Under the pieces are notes generated by a model. That model was not told the DNA's origin. It did not search any database and was given only the letters and a program-made list of their open reading frames with translations. The position numbers and the translations under genes are program-made. Positions 1-63,699 of a stretch of DNA of 64,000 nt are shown here, one piece after another; position 1 is the first letter of the stretch, and every line of letters starts with the position of its first letter. Origin of the DNA: Amoebidium appalachense (Eukaryota; Protista; Ichthyosporea). The DNA lies in assembly GCA_963693365.1 (NCBI GenBank), contig CAVNZM010000005.1, forward strand, positions 434,001 through 498,000, in the 5' to 3' direction.

Positions 1-41
1 AACACCTACATCCACACGCACACACCCCCCCCCCCACGCAC

Positions 42-11632
<11,591 letters not shown>

Positions 11633-11685
11633 CTGTGCTACTGTGTGTGGAGATGTGTGTGTGGATGGGGGTGTAGGTTGTACAC

Positions 11686-11734
<49 letters not shown>

Positions 11735-12130
11735 GTATGCAGGTTGTGTGGGTGTGTATGTGTGCAGTGTGTGTGGGTGTGTGTGTGTTTGCGTGTGTGC
11801 GTGTGTTTGGATGGTGGGGTGGATGGGGATAGGGCATGGATGTGTTCATGTGTGCATATTGTGTGGCTGGGTGTTCGCGCATGTGTGCATGTACCCACCT
11901 GTGTCCGTAACTACATGGGTATGTGGGTGTATGTACTTGTGTGTCTGTAATGGTGGGCATGTACTTGCAAGGGAGTGAGGGATGTGTTAGAGAAGCAACA
12001 AGGTGATGGGAGGAAGGAGGGGGGAGAGGAGGGGGATCAGTTGAGCAATAGGGAGATAAACATGCATGTTATGGGTCTATTGCGGCTGAAGGGCTAGGGG
12101 AAGGGGGGGGGGGGGGGGAGGGGGGAGGAG

Positions 12131-12161
<31 letters not shown>

Positions 12162-13243
12162 GGGGTCCACTGAGAGATGTTAATGAGACAAAATGTGCAT
12201 CTCCCGACCGTGAGAAGATATCGGCTTTTCCTGTAAACACACAGACATTTTGCTTGGGTTTTCAGGCGGCCAATTTGTCACTTGCCCGTGGCAGCCGGGA
12301 AAGCACAGAAACGACAAATGTGTCAGGCACGAGGGCACAAATTCTCAGTTCTTGCTGTCCCAACCCACACCTTCCTCCCCCCAACTCCCCTCTCCCCTCC
12401 TTCACGGGCTCATGGGCGGGGTAAAAGGGGGTATTTCGAGCAGGGAGGGGGGAAAGGGGGGAAAGGGGCGAGAATGGGGGAGGGGGATATGAAGATAAAG
12501 AGTGTGGTGTGGTGGTGGTGATTGTGGTGTTCATGTGTGAGGGTGGGGGGGGGTCGAAGGGGACAGAGGGAGCGGGGGGGGGAGGGGGGGGGGGGAGGAG
12601 GGAGGGAGGGGGAAGGGGGGGGGGGGGGGGGGGGGGGGGGGGACACACGGTTTTTGGGCCTGTGTTCTGAACTGAGGCACAGGTCTGGTGTCGACCCGCA
12701 TGCGCTTGGCTGGGCGCTCATCCTCCCTGCAGCCCCCTTATTAGCACAAACACCACATGCACACGTGCACATGGGGCACAAGATGAGTGGGGTCTGGCTT
12801 GTGCTCAGACAGCCAAGCTTGTTCCTAACAGAGAGGGGGCGGGGGAAGGGCTGGTGGTGGTGGTGGTGGTGGTGGGGGGGGGGGGGGGGGGGGGGGGGAG
12901 AAGGTTTGAAAACATGCAACCAAGAGCCCGTGGCCAGGCTTTTTTGCATCTGTTGTCAGAGGTAAGGTTGGTGAAAGCCACACAAGGGGGGGGGGGGGGG
13001 GGGGGGGGGGTTACTGTGACTCCTCTGAGATCTCCGAGTCCGCATCCTTGTCGGCCATGGTGGTGTCATCACTAAGAGCCCACATGTTAGGTGTGTGCAT
13101 CAAACACCACAGAGCAGATGTTCGAATGCAGGAGGTGCCGTGAGCGGCAGGTAACGGGGCTCACGGGACAAGAAATGGAGCATGAGCTCAGGCAGTAAAC
13201 AGTCAAGGAAGGGGGGGGGGGGGGGGGGGAGGGGGGGGGGGGG

Positions 13244-14092
13244 TTTGAATGCGGAACACAGTACGAAGTACGCATAGACGATGAGAAGCATGATGCAGGA
13301 CACATGCAAAGGCAAACATTCAAGTATGCAGCATCAGCCATGCGCACAGTATGCGTCATAAGCAGAGCCCATCCTCAGGGAGGGCCCAAGTCATCAATTG
13401 CGTCTGAGTTTCGACCCCTTAGCCCGCGTATATACGACGCTCCAACTCAGACAGCAGCATCAACTGAACTTGGGTGGGTCAACCCGTCTTGATCAAAGAC
13501 GAGCAGGGTTGCTTATGCAAGCAAGGTGAGCAAAACGGTGAAGATGTGTGTGCAAACTAATGCAGTGCAGCGACAAACGCGTATGTGCTTACAGATGCAC
13601 GACACAGAGCAACCATGCCCGGTTGCATGGAAGTAAAGATGTCTCCACACAGTGGTCTGTCCTGAAAGGACACCTCTGAAAGAAGACAGGGGGGGTTTGA
13701 ATGCGGAACACAGTACGAAGTACGCATAGACGATGAGAAGCATGATGCAGGACACATGCAAAGGCAAACATTCAAGTATGCAGCATCAGCCATGCGCACA
13801 GTATGCGTCATAAGCAGAGCCCATCCTCAGGGAGGGCCCAAGTCATCAATTGCGTCTGAGTTTCGACCCCTTAGCCCGCGTATATACGACGCTCCAACTC
13901 AGACAGCAGCATCAACTGAACTTGGGTGGGTCAACCCGTCTTGATCAAAGACGAGCAGGGTTGCTTATGCAAGCAAGGTGAGCAAAACGGTGAAGATGTG
14001 TGTGCAAACTAATGCAGTGCAGCGACAAACGCGTATGTGCTTACAGATGCACGACACAGAGCAACCATGCCCGGTTGCATGGAAGTAAAGAT
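13244..14092 (-). mobile_element. Head-to-tail dimer of a 452-bp non-autonomous retro-like element embedded in a G-run
   Basis: Unit 1 starts at 13244 (tttgaatgcggaac) and unit 2 at 13696, giving a period of 452. The copies look identical over ~397 bp and both outer flanks are G-runs. Related copies occur at 54533 and ~49892. The strand is inferred from the constant end. Confidence 0.75.
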
Positions 14093-15489
14093 GGGGGGGG
14101 GGGGGGGGGGGAGAGGGGGGGGGGGGGGAGGGGGGAGGGGGGAGGGGGGGAAGAACACTAGCCGGGGAATGAAGGGAGCAACCAGGGTTAGTTAAATGAG
14201 ACTAGATCGGAAAGCAAGATCCCACGACCTACCCAAATATTAAAATGCGAGATCTCTGTCCAGAACTGATACTGGGGTTTCAGGGAAAGGCGTGTCGGGA
14301 AGCATGTGCTGCCACCAAGGAGGGGGAAGCCTAAGAAAGACTGCAAACTGGTTGAATGGATAAAGTCGTGCAGGGAACCGAAACGAGGGGGGAAAGGAGT
14401 AAACTCTAGTAAGGAAAAAGGGGTGCCTGTGAGAGGGAGTTGGTAGTTGTGAAGTTGTGCTGGTATGTGGGGGGGCACCCACCCAGCCTCAGAGGGCAGC
14501 ATTTCCTCGTCTTCACTGACAGTCATGTTTGGTCCACACAGGCGCCAGCCCAGAGGGGAGAATGAACCAGGTGCTGGTTATGCCAAGCCTGTGTTGGCGT
14601 ACAGGCAAACATTAATGGGGACCGTTCAAGAGGTGGAGGGGGATCCGGGGGGAGGGGGGAGGGAGGGGGGGGGGGAGGAGGAGGGTCCGGGAAGGTGTCA
14701 GAAGGGGGGAGGGGGGGGGGAGGGGGGGGATGTAGAGCAGAGGGCAAGTAAATTAACTTGTGGATTTGGGCTTCGAAGATCAAAGGAGGCAGATCAAGGA
14801 CGCAAAAAATGAAAACATTTTGGAGTATAAGCTAAAAAAGGGTTCGTAACAGACCAAGGCTATGATAAGACAGAAGAAAAACTCGATAGAGAGTAATGCA
14901 AGAGAGAACCGAGGGGGGAGGGGGGGGGGAGGAGGGGAGGGAGGGTGGGTGGGTGGGAGGGTGGGAGGGTGGGAGGGAGGGAGGGAGGGAGTCACACAAT
15001 CTTTGAGGCAGCAAAAGCAGATTTAACCGCGTAACATTATCTAAACAACCACATTTTTTTATGCTAAGGGAGCAAAGAAACAGTTGCGTGCAAGTGTGTC
15101 AAAGCCTGCTTGACCACACACACGGCCAACACACACATTGGAGGCACCAAGATCAGAAGTTGATGCCAGTACACTTGCTGTACATACCCATAAAGCACTA
15201 TGCCATGCTGTGTACAGTACCCGGCACACAACAAAGGGGCACATCAAGCAAGAAACACGTGTGGAGCAAAAAAGAAGGCAGCAGCAGAAAGGGAGGTTGC
15301 CTTCCATCACGAAGATTGTCTATACCAACACACTCACCTTAACGTCGTGTGAACGCTGGATTGACAGTGCCCAGGCCGGCTACCAAACAACCCAAAACCT
15401 TGGCAGATGATCCTTAGCGAGAGGACACAAAGATTGTTGGGGCAAGTAAAAGCTTTCGCTGGTTGCTGGGGTAGAGGCCATTCAAGGTG

Positions 15490-15612
<123 letters not shown>

Positions 15613-16275
15613 ATCCCTTGTGCATGGGCAACATCTCAGGTGCACCCTAAAGTAGATGGTGTTGATGTCACTGGCACACGATTGGTGCCGTGTCCGTGCA
15701 CGTACATATGCGTGTGTGTGCGTGTTTGCACGGGGGGAGCACAAACGGACGCGCACGCGTGCACGTGCGTGTTGGCACGAATGTTTGTGCCACCGGTTGT
15801 GTCACGTGACCAGGGCAGCACCTGATAGGTAGATTGCGCATCCGTTGTAATGGTGACGTCAGCACATTGGCACGCAACCGTGTCCGGTGGACATGCTCCC
15901 TCCTACCACGTGTTTGTATCCATACAGCACGTGGTCATCAAGTGGCCACGGAGGCAACTCGACATATTGTTGGTCGATGGTAAAGTCGAAGTGCCTGGAG
16001 TAGTGCCGGGGGCATGTGCAATCGGAATGTGTTGACTGATGATGGCCATGGCCATGTGCCCCATGGCCATTGTGTTGTTGGCAGGGTTGTCAGAACGGTC
16101 AATCGGAAGGAGCATCCGGGTCAAAGCTTTTTAAAGTTACATGTATGAAAGATTCGCCTCAAGGCCCGGGCCCTGGTTTAGCTCCGGGGTGGCGGGTGGG
16201 CCAACGGGGTGAGGTAGGGGTGGGGTGCACGTGGGGGGGTGCCGGTGCTGTGGTGGTGGTGGCGGTGGTGGGAGG

Positions 16276-16308
<33 letters not shown>

Positions 16309-16898
16309 CTACATAATTAACATAAAGCCTTTGAAGGGACCCACTTGGTGAGTTTTCGTGCAGGGTCTTGGATATTGATCTCCCCTCCACCCCCTCCGGG
16401 AACCTCTAAACATGTTCTGTTTCTCCCCGGATTTTGAAGTTTCCCCCATCCTGCCCAGCCACCAACTCCTTGCCATCATCCGACCACTTCTTCGAAATTT
16501 GACTGCAGCTGCCCTGAGTTGTGTGCAAGGTTACATGAAATAACCCGAGCGGGTGTCTTCGTTCAATAGGAGATTCGTGTGATATACTGTGTGGACGGTC
16601 ACTGTGTGTGTGTTTGTGTATGTGTGTGTGCAGTGTGTGTGTGTGTGTGTGTAGACTGTGTGTGTGTTTAATTGGAGCGGTGTATCATAACGACGCCGCC
16701 GTAACACTTCGTCAAATTGTCTGTGTATGCTACCCGAGTGACTGTCTCCTACCAAGTAGGCTTGGCACGCACGTGCGTGTATCTTCCGTAACATGTACTT
16801 GTATCTGTGTGCGCTTGCGTGTTACAAATATGGGTGATGATGCATGTATGCAACCGGTTTGCATGCAGAAATCTGGGGGAGCCCGGCGGGGGGCCCGT

Positions 16899-16941
<43 letters not shown>

Positions 16942-17108
16942 TACGGGTAGCAAGCCTTAAAAAAGGAGAAAGCATACGTACACGTGTGCACGTGAATCAT
17001 GGCGCCACTCTCTTACGTGCCAGTGTTTTAAAATGTGTGAATGGGTGTGCCTTGCGCATCCGTGTTCGCAATTGTGTGCGCAGGTGTGTACGTGGCGTTG
17101 CACATCGA

Positions 17109-17139
<31 letters not shown>

Positions 17140-17182
17140 GCGTGTGTAGCCATGGTGCATGTGTATATGTGTAGTACAGATA

Positions 17183-17601
17183 CCGTCCGCCATTAAGAAT
17201 ACCCGCCAATTAGAATACGTTAGCGGCCAAGTCCGTTTTTTTTAAGAATATGCACCGCAGCCAGATTTTGGGATGCTCTTAATAGCGGACTGACCTATAT
17301 ATAAACTTTGCTGAATCATGCATAATCATGCCCCCCCCCCCCCCCCCCCCCCCCTCTCCCCTCAACACACACACCTCAACCCTCCCCTCCCCATGTCTCC
17401 AACCCCCCCCCCCTCCCCCCCCCCCCCCCCCCCCGCCTCCCCTCAACACGCACACTTGAATCCTCCCCTCCCCATGTCTCCCCCGCCCCCCCCCATCCCC
17501 CGGGAGTCCCGTGCCATCTAAAAATATGATAGCGGCCATGCCAAAACTTTAAGAATATGCACCGCGACCACGTTTTGGGGGGGTTTCTTAATAGCGGACG
17601 G
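17183..17601. mobile_element. MITE-like element with TIR CCGTCCGC(C/T)ATTAAGAA
   Basis: Left end ta|ccgtccgccattaagaa; right end ttcttaatagcggacgg|ca (reverse complement matches at 16/17). An internal second copy of the right-end segment lies at ~17240-17290. No ORF. Confidence 0.7.
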
Positions 17602-17849
17602 CATCTGCTAGGGGTATATTACGGTGTGTGTGTGTGTGCACGTTGTGTTTGAATGCCCGCATGTGTGCGTGCTGCATTGCCGATGAGTGGATGACGTCAA
17701 AAAGGTGTTGAGGGAGGACGACGTGCGGGGAAAAGTATATTGCAAAACGGGGGGGGGGGGGGGGGGGGGGGGGGGGAGGAGGGGGGGAGGGGGGACCCGT
17801 GCCATTTAACAAATATAGCAGTGGGAACGTACCAGTGGGAAGGCTTCCG

Positions 17850-17960
17850 AGGCTCACCGGCGTTCTGAAAATTAGCTCCTATTGGCTATCTGAGTTTTAA
17901 AGAGTCAAGCTGCATGTGTGATTGGTAGACAGAGTTGGTGGTGGCAGTAGTCACTTGAAG
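17850..17960 (-). promoter_or_regulatory. Candidate promoter region upstream of the CHD gene (CCAAT boxes)
   Basis: ATTGG at 17881 and 17921, in a repeat-free intergenic stretch between the CHD 5' region and the 3' end of the next gene. Confidence 0.3.
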
Positions 17961-18990
17961 TTTGGGGGTCTGTTATAACGGGTGGGGACTAATTACGAGT
18001 TCACATATTGAAAAAGCACGAACGAGTGCACATGGTGTGATGCCACGGTCTGCAGTTTCTTCACAGAACCATTCAACGGTTTATTTGCCCAAAGCAGGAG
18101 AGTCCATGGCCCCCCGTCACAAACAAGCCATTGAGCGGGAGTAGCGCCGGTCACCGTACGTGCACTACAACTAGGGTTCATTTAACGGATCCGTTAAGGA
18201 TACTACGTGATAATGGTAAACTATATTTATTTGTGCGAGTACAGACAACACAAACAGCTATCCCCTGTGATCGAATGTTAGTAATTACACAAGACTAATA
18301 TAATTACCAGATTCACACACGATGCAGAACGGGTTTGAATTGGTAATGATAATGTCCTAATTTATAATATTAGCTGTTCGGTGTACAGACAATAAAAGCC
18401 AGAAGCAAATAAATCTTGATCCTAAAATGTACTTTACAGGGAATTTCTAGCACACAGAACATGTACATTCACCTAGAACCCTTAAGCCAGGGGAGTCTAA
18501 ACCCACAACAAATCGTTGTACGTTCCGAGTCAACCCCAGATAGCCATGCAAAACGTTCACAAGGAAAACCAAACATAAATAAAACTATTTTCAGAACCCT
18601 TTCAATTACACATTCTGCATAGAATCGCCATGCATCGGCTTTTTTGCTTTTTCGAAAGTGCAGCGCTCATTGTTTGCAGTTTCCTCTTTCGTGTGCATGC
18701 CCTTGCATCGCTATTGTGTGACAAGACATACATTCACCCATCTTCTTGACCATACAGATATTTCGCAGTGCACAAAGGCACAAGAATCAACAACCGAAAC
18801 AAGACCAAACACCGTCTGTATGACTCTCACCACATACGTCCACACACTACATTCTACTTCTTACATTTTTCACCACAGCACTTACCCTCCCAAGTTCCAG
18901 CATCCAAACCCCATGACATATTCTACAGAATACCTTAGCACATTCCATACATTCCAAGCAAACCTCTACCCGCATCAGGCCAACCTCCTC

Positions 18991-21860
<2,870 letters not shown>

Positions 21861-22580
21861 CCTGGGTGCTTGTGCCTAGGCGTGTATGTGGTGCCTATGT
21901 CACGGGTGTGTGTAGGATTGTGAGAGTGCGTGCCTGCGCGTGTGCATGTGTGTACTTGTAATACTATGTGTGTGCGTGGGTGTGTGCGTGGGTGTGCATG
22001 TTGATAGTTTCGGTCTCTTGCAACTGGCTTGTGACTGTGAGCCCACATTGAAATACTCAATGACAAGTTGTCAACTGACAGCCTGACTCGTAGCCAAGAT
22101 GCAGGCAGTTTCACGGTAGAGCGTGTATGCCGGTGGGTGCAAGATTCAGCCGGATGTTTTTGTCGCCAACAGACCTAAGTTAAGTAAAGGAGCTTTTATG
22201 GTGTACATATAAATCTCCACTTTAAGATATATTTTAAAATAATAAAGAACTATATTATTATTTCCTTACGTGTCACTATTTTAGGGTGTTTATTCATTAC
22301 TATAGAATGTCAGAATTTCGAGTCAGAAACAAACACTGAATCGCCCAAACTCCGTCTCAGGGGAAGTGTAGTGTGTAGGGAGAACAATGACCTACTGCGA
22401 TTGGTCAGTTTTAGCGCGGAATGCATGCCTGGTTGATAAGCGTGGCTTTTGTTTCGAACCCTGAACGGCAACCGGCCGCCGGGAAGATAATCACGCCTTG
22501 CTTGCTGGGTCTTTTGCACAAGACTGACACGTACTGACGGTGTCGCCTTCTCTGAGCTAAATCGGCTCGCCGGGCGGCCG

Positions 22581-22899
22581 CCGATTTTTCCTTCCTTCTT
22601 CCCAGCCCGCAGTCTTTGTCTTCGCAGCCTTCCTTCTTCGAATTCGCAGCAGGCACTTCACGTACACAGATAAGCATTGTCATTACTAGCGAGACATTTC
22701 TGCTGAGGTAGGAAGGAAAATGAGGCACCACCTCTGCGAGTCGGCGGCCGATTTTTCCTTCCTTCTTCCCAGCCCGCAGTCTTTGTCTTCGCAGCCTTCC
22801 TTCTTCGAATTCGCAGCAGTCACTTCACGTACACAGATAAGCATTGTCATTACTCGAGACATTTCTGCTGAGGTAGGAAGGAAAATGAGGCACCACCTC
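22581..22899. repeat. Near-identical direct duplication of ~154 bp (period 167) within a CpG-rich, possibly transposon-derived island
   Basis: ccgatttttccttccttcttcccagcccgc...aatgaggcaccacctc occurs at 22581 and 22748. Confidence 0.9.
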
Positions 22900-24716
22900 A
22901 GTAGGTGGTAGTGCACAAGACGGAGCTGAAGCTGCGAAACAGTCGCCACATAACTCGAGGGCCGACATACACAGTAGGAATTCCCGGCTTTATTTTTGCA
23001 CATGCTACCGTCTGGGGTCGGACCCAGTATTTGTCTGTCTGTACATAGCAAAATGTGTGCGTCTCGTACCTGCCTTAGATAGATGTGTGCAGTCTGTACA
23101 TTCGTAGATGTGGGGGATGTGCTGTTTATTAACGCATAACAGGTAGGTGAGCTGTAATGAGTTTCCGGCACCAAGGCCAACAGTACTTCCACCCAACAAG
23201 ATATACATGTAATAAAATCGGCGTTACACTTACATACAAGTTTTTTTAAGTGGAGATATCGTATCAAATAGACATCATATGTGGAGATATACTTTTTCTT
23301 TTTCTTTTTCTTTTCTTTTCTTTTTTTTTTTCGTGCTCAAGTACACCTTAATCCGTATTCTGAGACTGTATGACATTTTTGTCCTATAATCCATACACTT
23401 TTGGAATAGTAGAAACTCGCCAGAGTTAAGTACTAGTGAAATCAAGCACTGTGAAGTTCAGTAGGTCTTTCACTGTGTCATGTGTATGGGCCCGGGTAAA
23501 CCGAGTGTGTATGTCTGGAGAAATAAAGGTTGAGAGCAAACCACATTTTTAGAGCAAACCACAATTTACGTAGATGGTGATGGTGTGACGCTTACGAAAG
23601 CAAACCGGCGTGTGCATGTTCTGCTCCCTTTTGAAGGTGCTATGGATCCTATAATCTAAGAGGATTGGAGTCTTGTGCCAGGCCCTCTATTACACCAGGT
23701 TTTCCGCAATAAATGGCTCTGCGTGCGTTGGGCGATACACATGGAGGTGCATGTTCAAGAGAGAGGCTGAGAGCTGAGTGCATGTGCGTGTACGTACCTA
23801 TCATGGTGTATGCATTGGAATGGAGGTTGCCATGAAGACACGACGCACGAGGCTTTGTCGTCGACAATGCTATGGTTATTTATTATACATCCAGGCGTGC
23901 GCCTTGCATGAAAATGGTTCTCTTTGCCCCTTTAGGCTTAGTCCACTTGCACACTTGCCACCGCTGCTGCCAGAATAACGTCACAGAGATCCGGCGCAAG
24001 CAGGTGTGGTCATGTGCACGGGTGTCCGTGGAGACGGGGGGCAGGACGGGAGTATACAGGGAGAGGGGTGTCCCCTGGCAGTGGAAGGGTGGGGTGGGGG
24101 GGGGGGGGGGGGGGGGGGGGGAGGGGGGAGGTGGTGGTGGTGGTGGGCGGGGATGGATGATTTGCTGCAGGTCGTGTTGACTACAATATGTGTAGAAGAT
24201 GATCTGCCCAACACTACAATCACTGAGCCGTTAAAGAGCACACATCACACTTTCCCAGATGGATCTCAAGCAGGGTTACCGTGAGTCTCAAATGAAAGGC
24301 TTTAAATGAAAGCGGGGGAAACAGTACAGTCTGGGTGGCTCTACGTTTTTAATTTTGGTAGTTTCTTACTCTTTGTCAAAAATGAGGTGCTAGACCAGCT
24401 AGCTCGGTGCAATCAGAACACAAAAAGACAGGTGGGCCTATGCACGTGTACAACCAGCACAGGCCGTGTCAAATCTACATGACCCCGGTTTACAGAACCG
24501 TGCAATACAAAAATACCGCTTGGGCTTGGTAGCACATAACTTAAAAAGGTTGCTGTATATAAGAGAACAAAAGAATTCATATGTACAACATCGTGATAGG
24601 CAAAGCTCTGGATTAGGGTAAGAGCACACCAGTAACCTGGTGAGAAAATTAAAGATATTGAACTCAACAGAGAAGCTTATGCTCAAACACCCATACGTGT
24701 GTGAAGTGAACAATAC

Positions 24717-56295
<31,579 letters not shown>

Positions 56296-56499
56296 ATTGC
56301 CTGAGCGGGAGTTGGAACGTTCAAATCGGATATGTATGGGGTGGTGTGCAGCAGATGGGGAGGGAGGAAGGTGTGCAGCAGTGCAGTGGCCTAAAAAAGG
56401 CACGTCTGGCACGGCGCTTGCATAGCACACCGTGGGGCTACAGGCTCAGCGCTCTCTCTTTCCCTCTCACCCCCAGCCTCTCACTGGCCTCTTCATTGT

Positions 56500-57289
56500 T
56501 ATCTTCATCTCCTTGGGGAGCTGCACCGGCCCCCGGCCAACCACGGAACGGTGCGTGAGTGACGACGTAGTGACGACCCGCCATTTTACTTCCTATACCT
56601 CACCATAAAGTCAGTTGCTCATCTTTCAATACATCTTTTATTTTAACTTTTGCGTTTTATTTTTCTAAATATGATTTCAAAGGTAAATAAAATATTTAGT
56701 GCCAAAAAACGTTTTAAAAATTTGTTGACTGCATTTTCACGAATCTAGAACAGACAAGTAAGATACATTTATGAAAAGAGGAATTTGAAGCCTTGTAGAA
56801 ATTGTAGGTTTAATACAAAGAGTCTTCTAGGGTGAGACCGGTTACAACCAGGTCGGGATCAGTCTGATTGGCCAATGTGACACCATTGCTTCCATTGGCT
56901 ACCACAATGCGTGGTTACCATTTTAGGCTCTTGCACACAGAGCCAACCAGTGCACATTTTCATTCATGTTTTGGGGTCGCCATGAGCAAGATGGCCATGA
57001 ACAGTTGAAACAGAAGCTTTAGCAATAGTTTTCTTACTATCAAAATCAAAATCTCGGCCATCACAGCATATAGAAGCAATATACCGTGAACCTAAGGCCA
57101 CTAAGCAACCATAATCCGCACCTTCTGTAACCTCCAGTGGTGTAGTAGTCGCACTGCCGCTCTACCATCTAGCAGTGCTAGGCCAAGGTTGCCTTCGTTA
57201 CCTGTTCTACTGTGCCCTTGTAAAACAGCACCTTTTTGGGTTTGTGAAGGCTTACACGCCTTCACGTACCTGCTTTTTACTGCTTAACC
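56500..57289. promoter_or_regulatory. Bidirectional promoter region between VWA8 and the GGCT-like gene
   Basis: Divergent start codons at 56295 (-) and 57290 (+). The interval is microsatellite-free and has an AT-rich core (56630-56820), CCGCCATTTT (56578-56587), GATTGGCCAAT (56866-56876) and TGACG motifs (56560-56576). Confidence 0.55.
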
Positions 57290-62077
<4,788 letters not shown>

Positions 62078-63148
62078 ACTAAGTAGTCTGTGTTGGGTGA
62101 CGTCACGAGGGGCGATGTGACGATTGAGCACGTATGGTACAGTGTGTCTGGTGTGATAGCAACATAATCGAATGAGATAGGAGAAATCACAAAAAAGAGT
62201 GGGTACGTATGTGTGCAGATATGCAGGTTGGTGTGTAAGCATGTGTGAAGGACTCTGAGGTGTGTGCGTGTGCGTGTGGCCTGGTGATAGGCCCGTATCG
62301 TGTGGGTGGATGGGGGTTTTCAATTCAGCCCTCCGCCACCTGTATGCGCTAGTGTGCTGGTGTTCGTGTGTGTGCGGCGCATGTGTGTGTGCATGTGCTT
62401 GGACATGTGCGCTGCAGTGTGCGTGTGCGTGTGCGTGTGCGTGTGCTTTTGCGGCCGTGCGCGCGGTGTGTGTGTGTTTGCGTGTGTGTGCCACATAGTA
62501 TGTGTGATGCCATTCGTCGTGCACAAACAACTCAGCTGTGAAAACACACACATCGGCGCACCTGGTTGGCTGGCACACAGGCTAACCCGGTCAAGCCTTG
62601 CCTGGATAGCCATCTTCAGGCTATATTGGGATAAAAACAAGTTTGATTATCTGCCATAGGCCTACAATAATAAAACTTTGGCAACTAAAAAACGTAGGAA
62701 TATCCGATAATCAAGAAATAAATCTAAGGAAAGCCAAATTGAATTACGTTAGCCCACTGCTATTCTGATGTGTTGAGTACCGACTTCGAAGCTGTTTTTC
62801 CTTCTTCTATTCTAGGACACCCCTGCCGCCAACACCAAAAGGGAGGGTGGCCCCGCCCCTTCCCCCCCCCCCCCCCCCCCCCCAGTGGGGCGCATTGTCC
62901 CCCTGGGCTCAACCGGCCCCTTTCCCTCGCCCTTGGGTGGCTCCCTCCCGTTCACCGTAATTACACTCACACACTCGTGAATGTGTGTACACACGCACAC
63001 GCACACACACATGCGCCGCACACTCGCACACTTGCACACACGCTCACACACACACACACACACACATTACACGCCGCCACACACACACACACACACACAC
63101 ACTTAAACACACACTGTCATACACACATTTTCACACACAATGTCATGC

Positions 63149-63181
<33 letters not shown>

Positions 63182-63352
63182 TCCTGAGTGCGCCCGCATT
63201 TACGCATCTACAAATAGTACAAACTCTGCGGCACATATAATGTTTGGTCGGTGTTTAAAAATTCGGTGTACTAGTTGGAACGACCTTTTTCTTTCTAGCT
63301 GATATTAGATCTTTTTCTGTTTTTTTGCGTTTTTGTCGCATGTGTGTGTTGC

Positions 63353-63405
<53 letters not shown>

Positions 63406-63449
63406 GTTTTCTTTTTTGAGGGGGTGGGGAGGATGGGTCAGGGATGGGG

Positions 63450-63494
<45 letters not shown>

Positions 63495-63699
63495 GGGGGG
63501 GCTTGGTCCTGGTCCGAGAGTCAAAGGGGGACTGTGTGTATGTAGAAAGGGGGTGGGAATGTGGAAAGGAAGGGGATCTCCGAAGGTGGGTGGGGGGGGA
63601 TGAGAGAGGGAAGTGAGGGGGGTGGGGTGGGGAGGGGGGGGGGGGGGGGGGGAGGAGGGGATGAGGGAGGGAAGTGAGGGGGGGGGGGGGGGGGGGGTT

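Noticed and set aside
13365-13475. Canonical hammerhead, HDV or twister ribozyme, tRNA-derived SINE head, or C/D snoRNA in the 452-bp unit
   Set aside because: Core words are present but in the wrong order or without the required stems; there is no cloverleaf or A-box, and no properly placed terminal C/D boxes. Kept only as an unclassified structured RNA candidate.
18182-18197. Perfect 16-bp palindrome ttaacggatccgttaa
   Set aside because: It is isolated, with no supporting repeat or element context.
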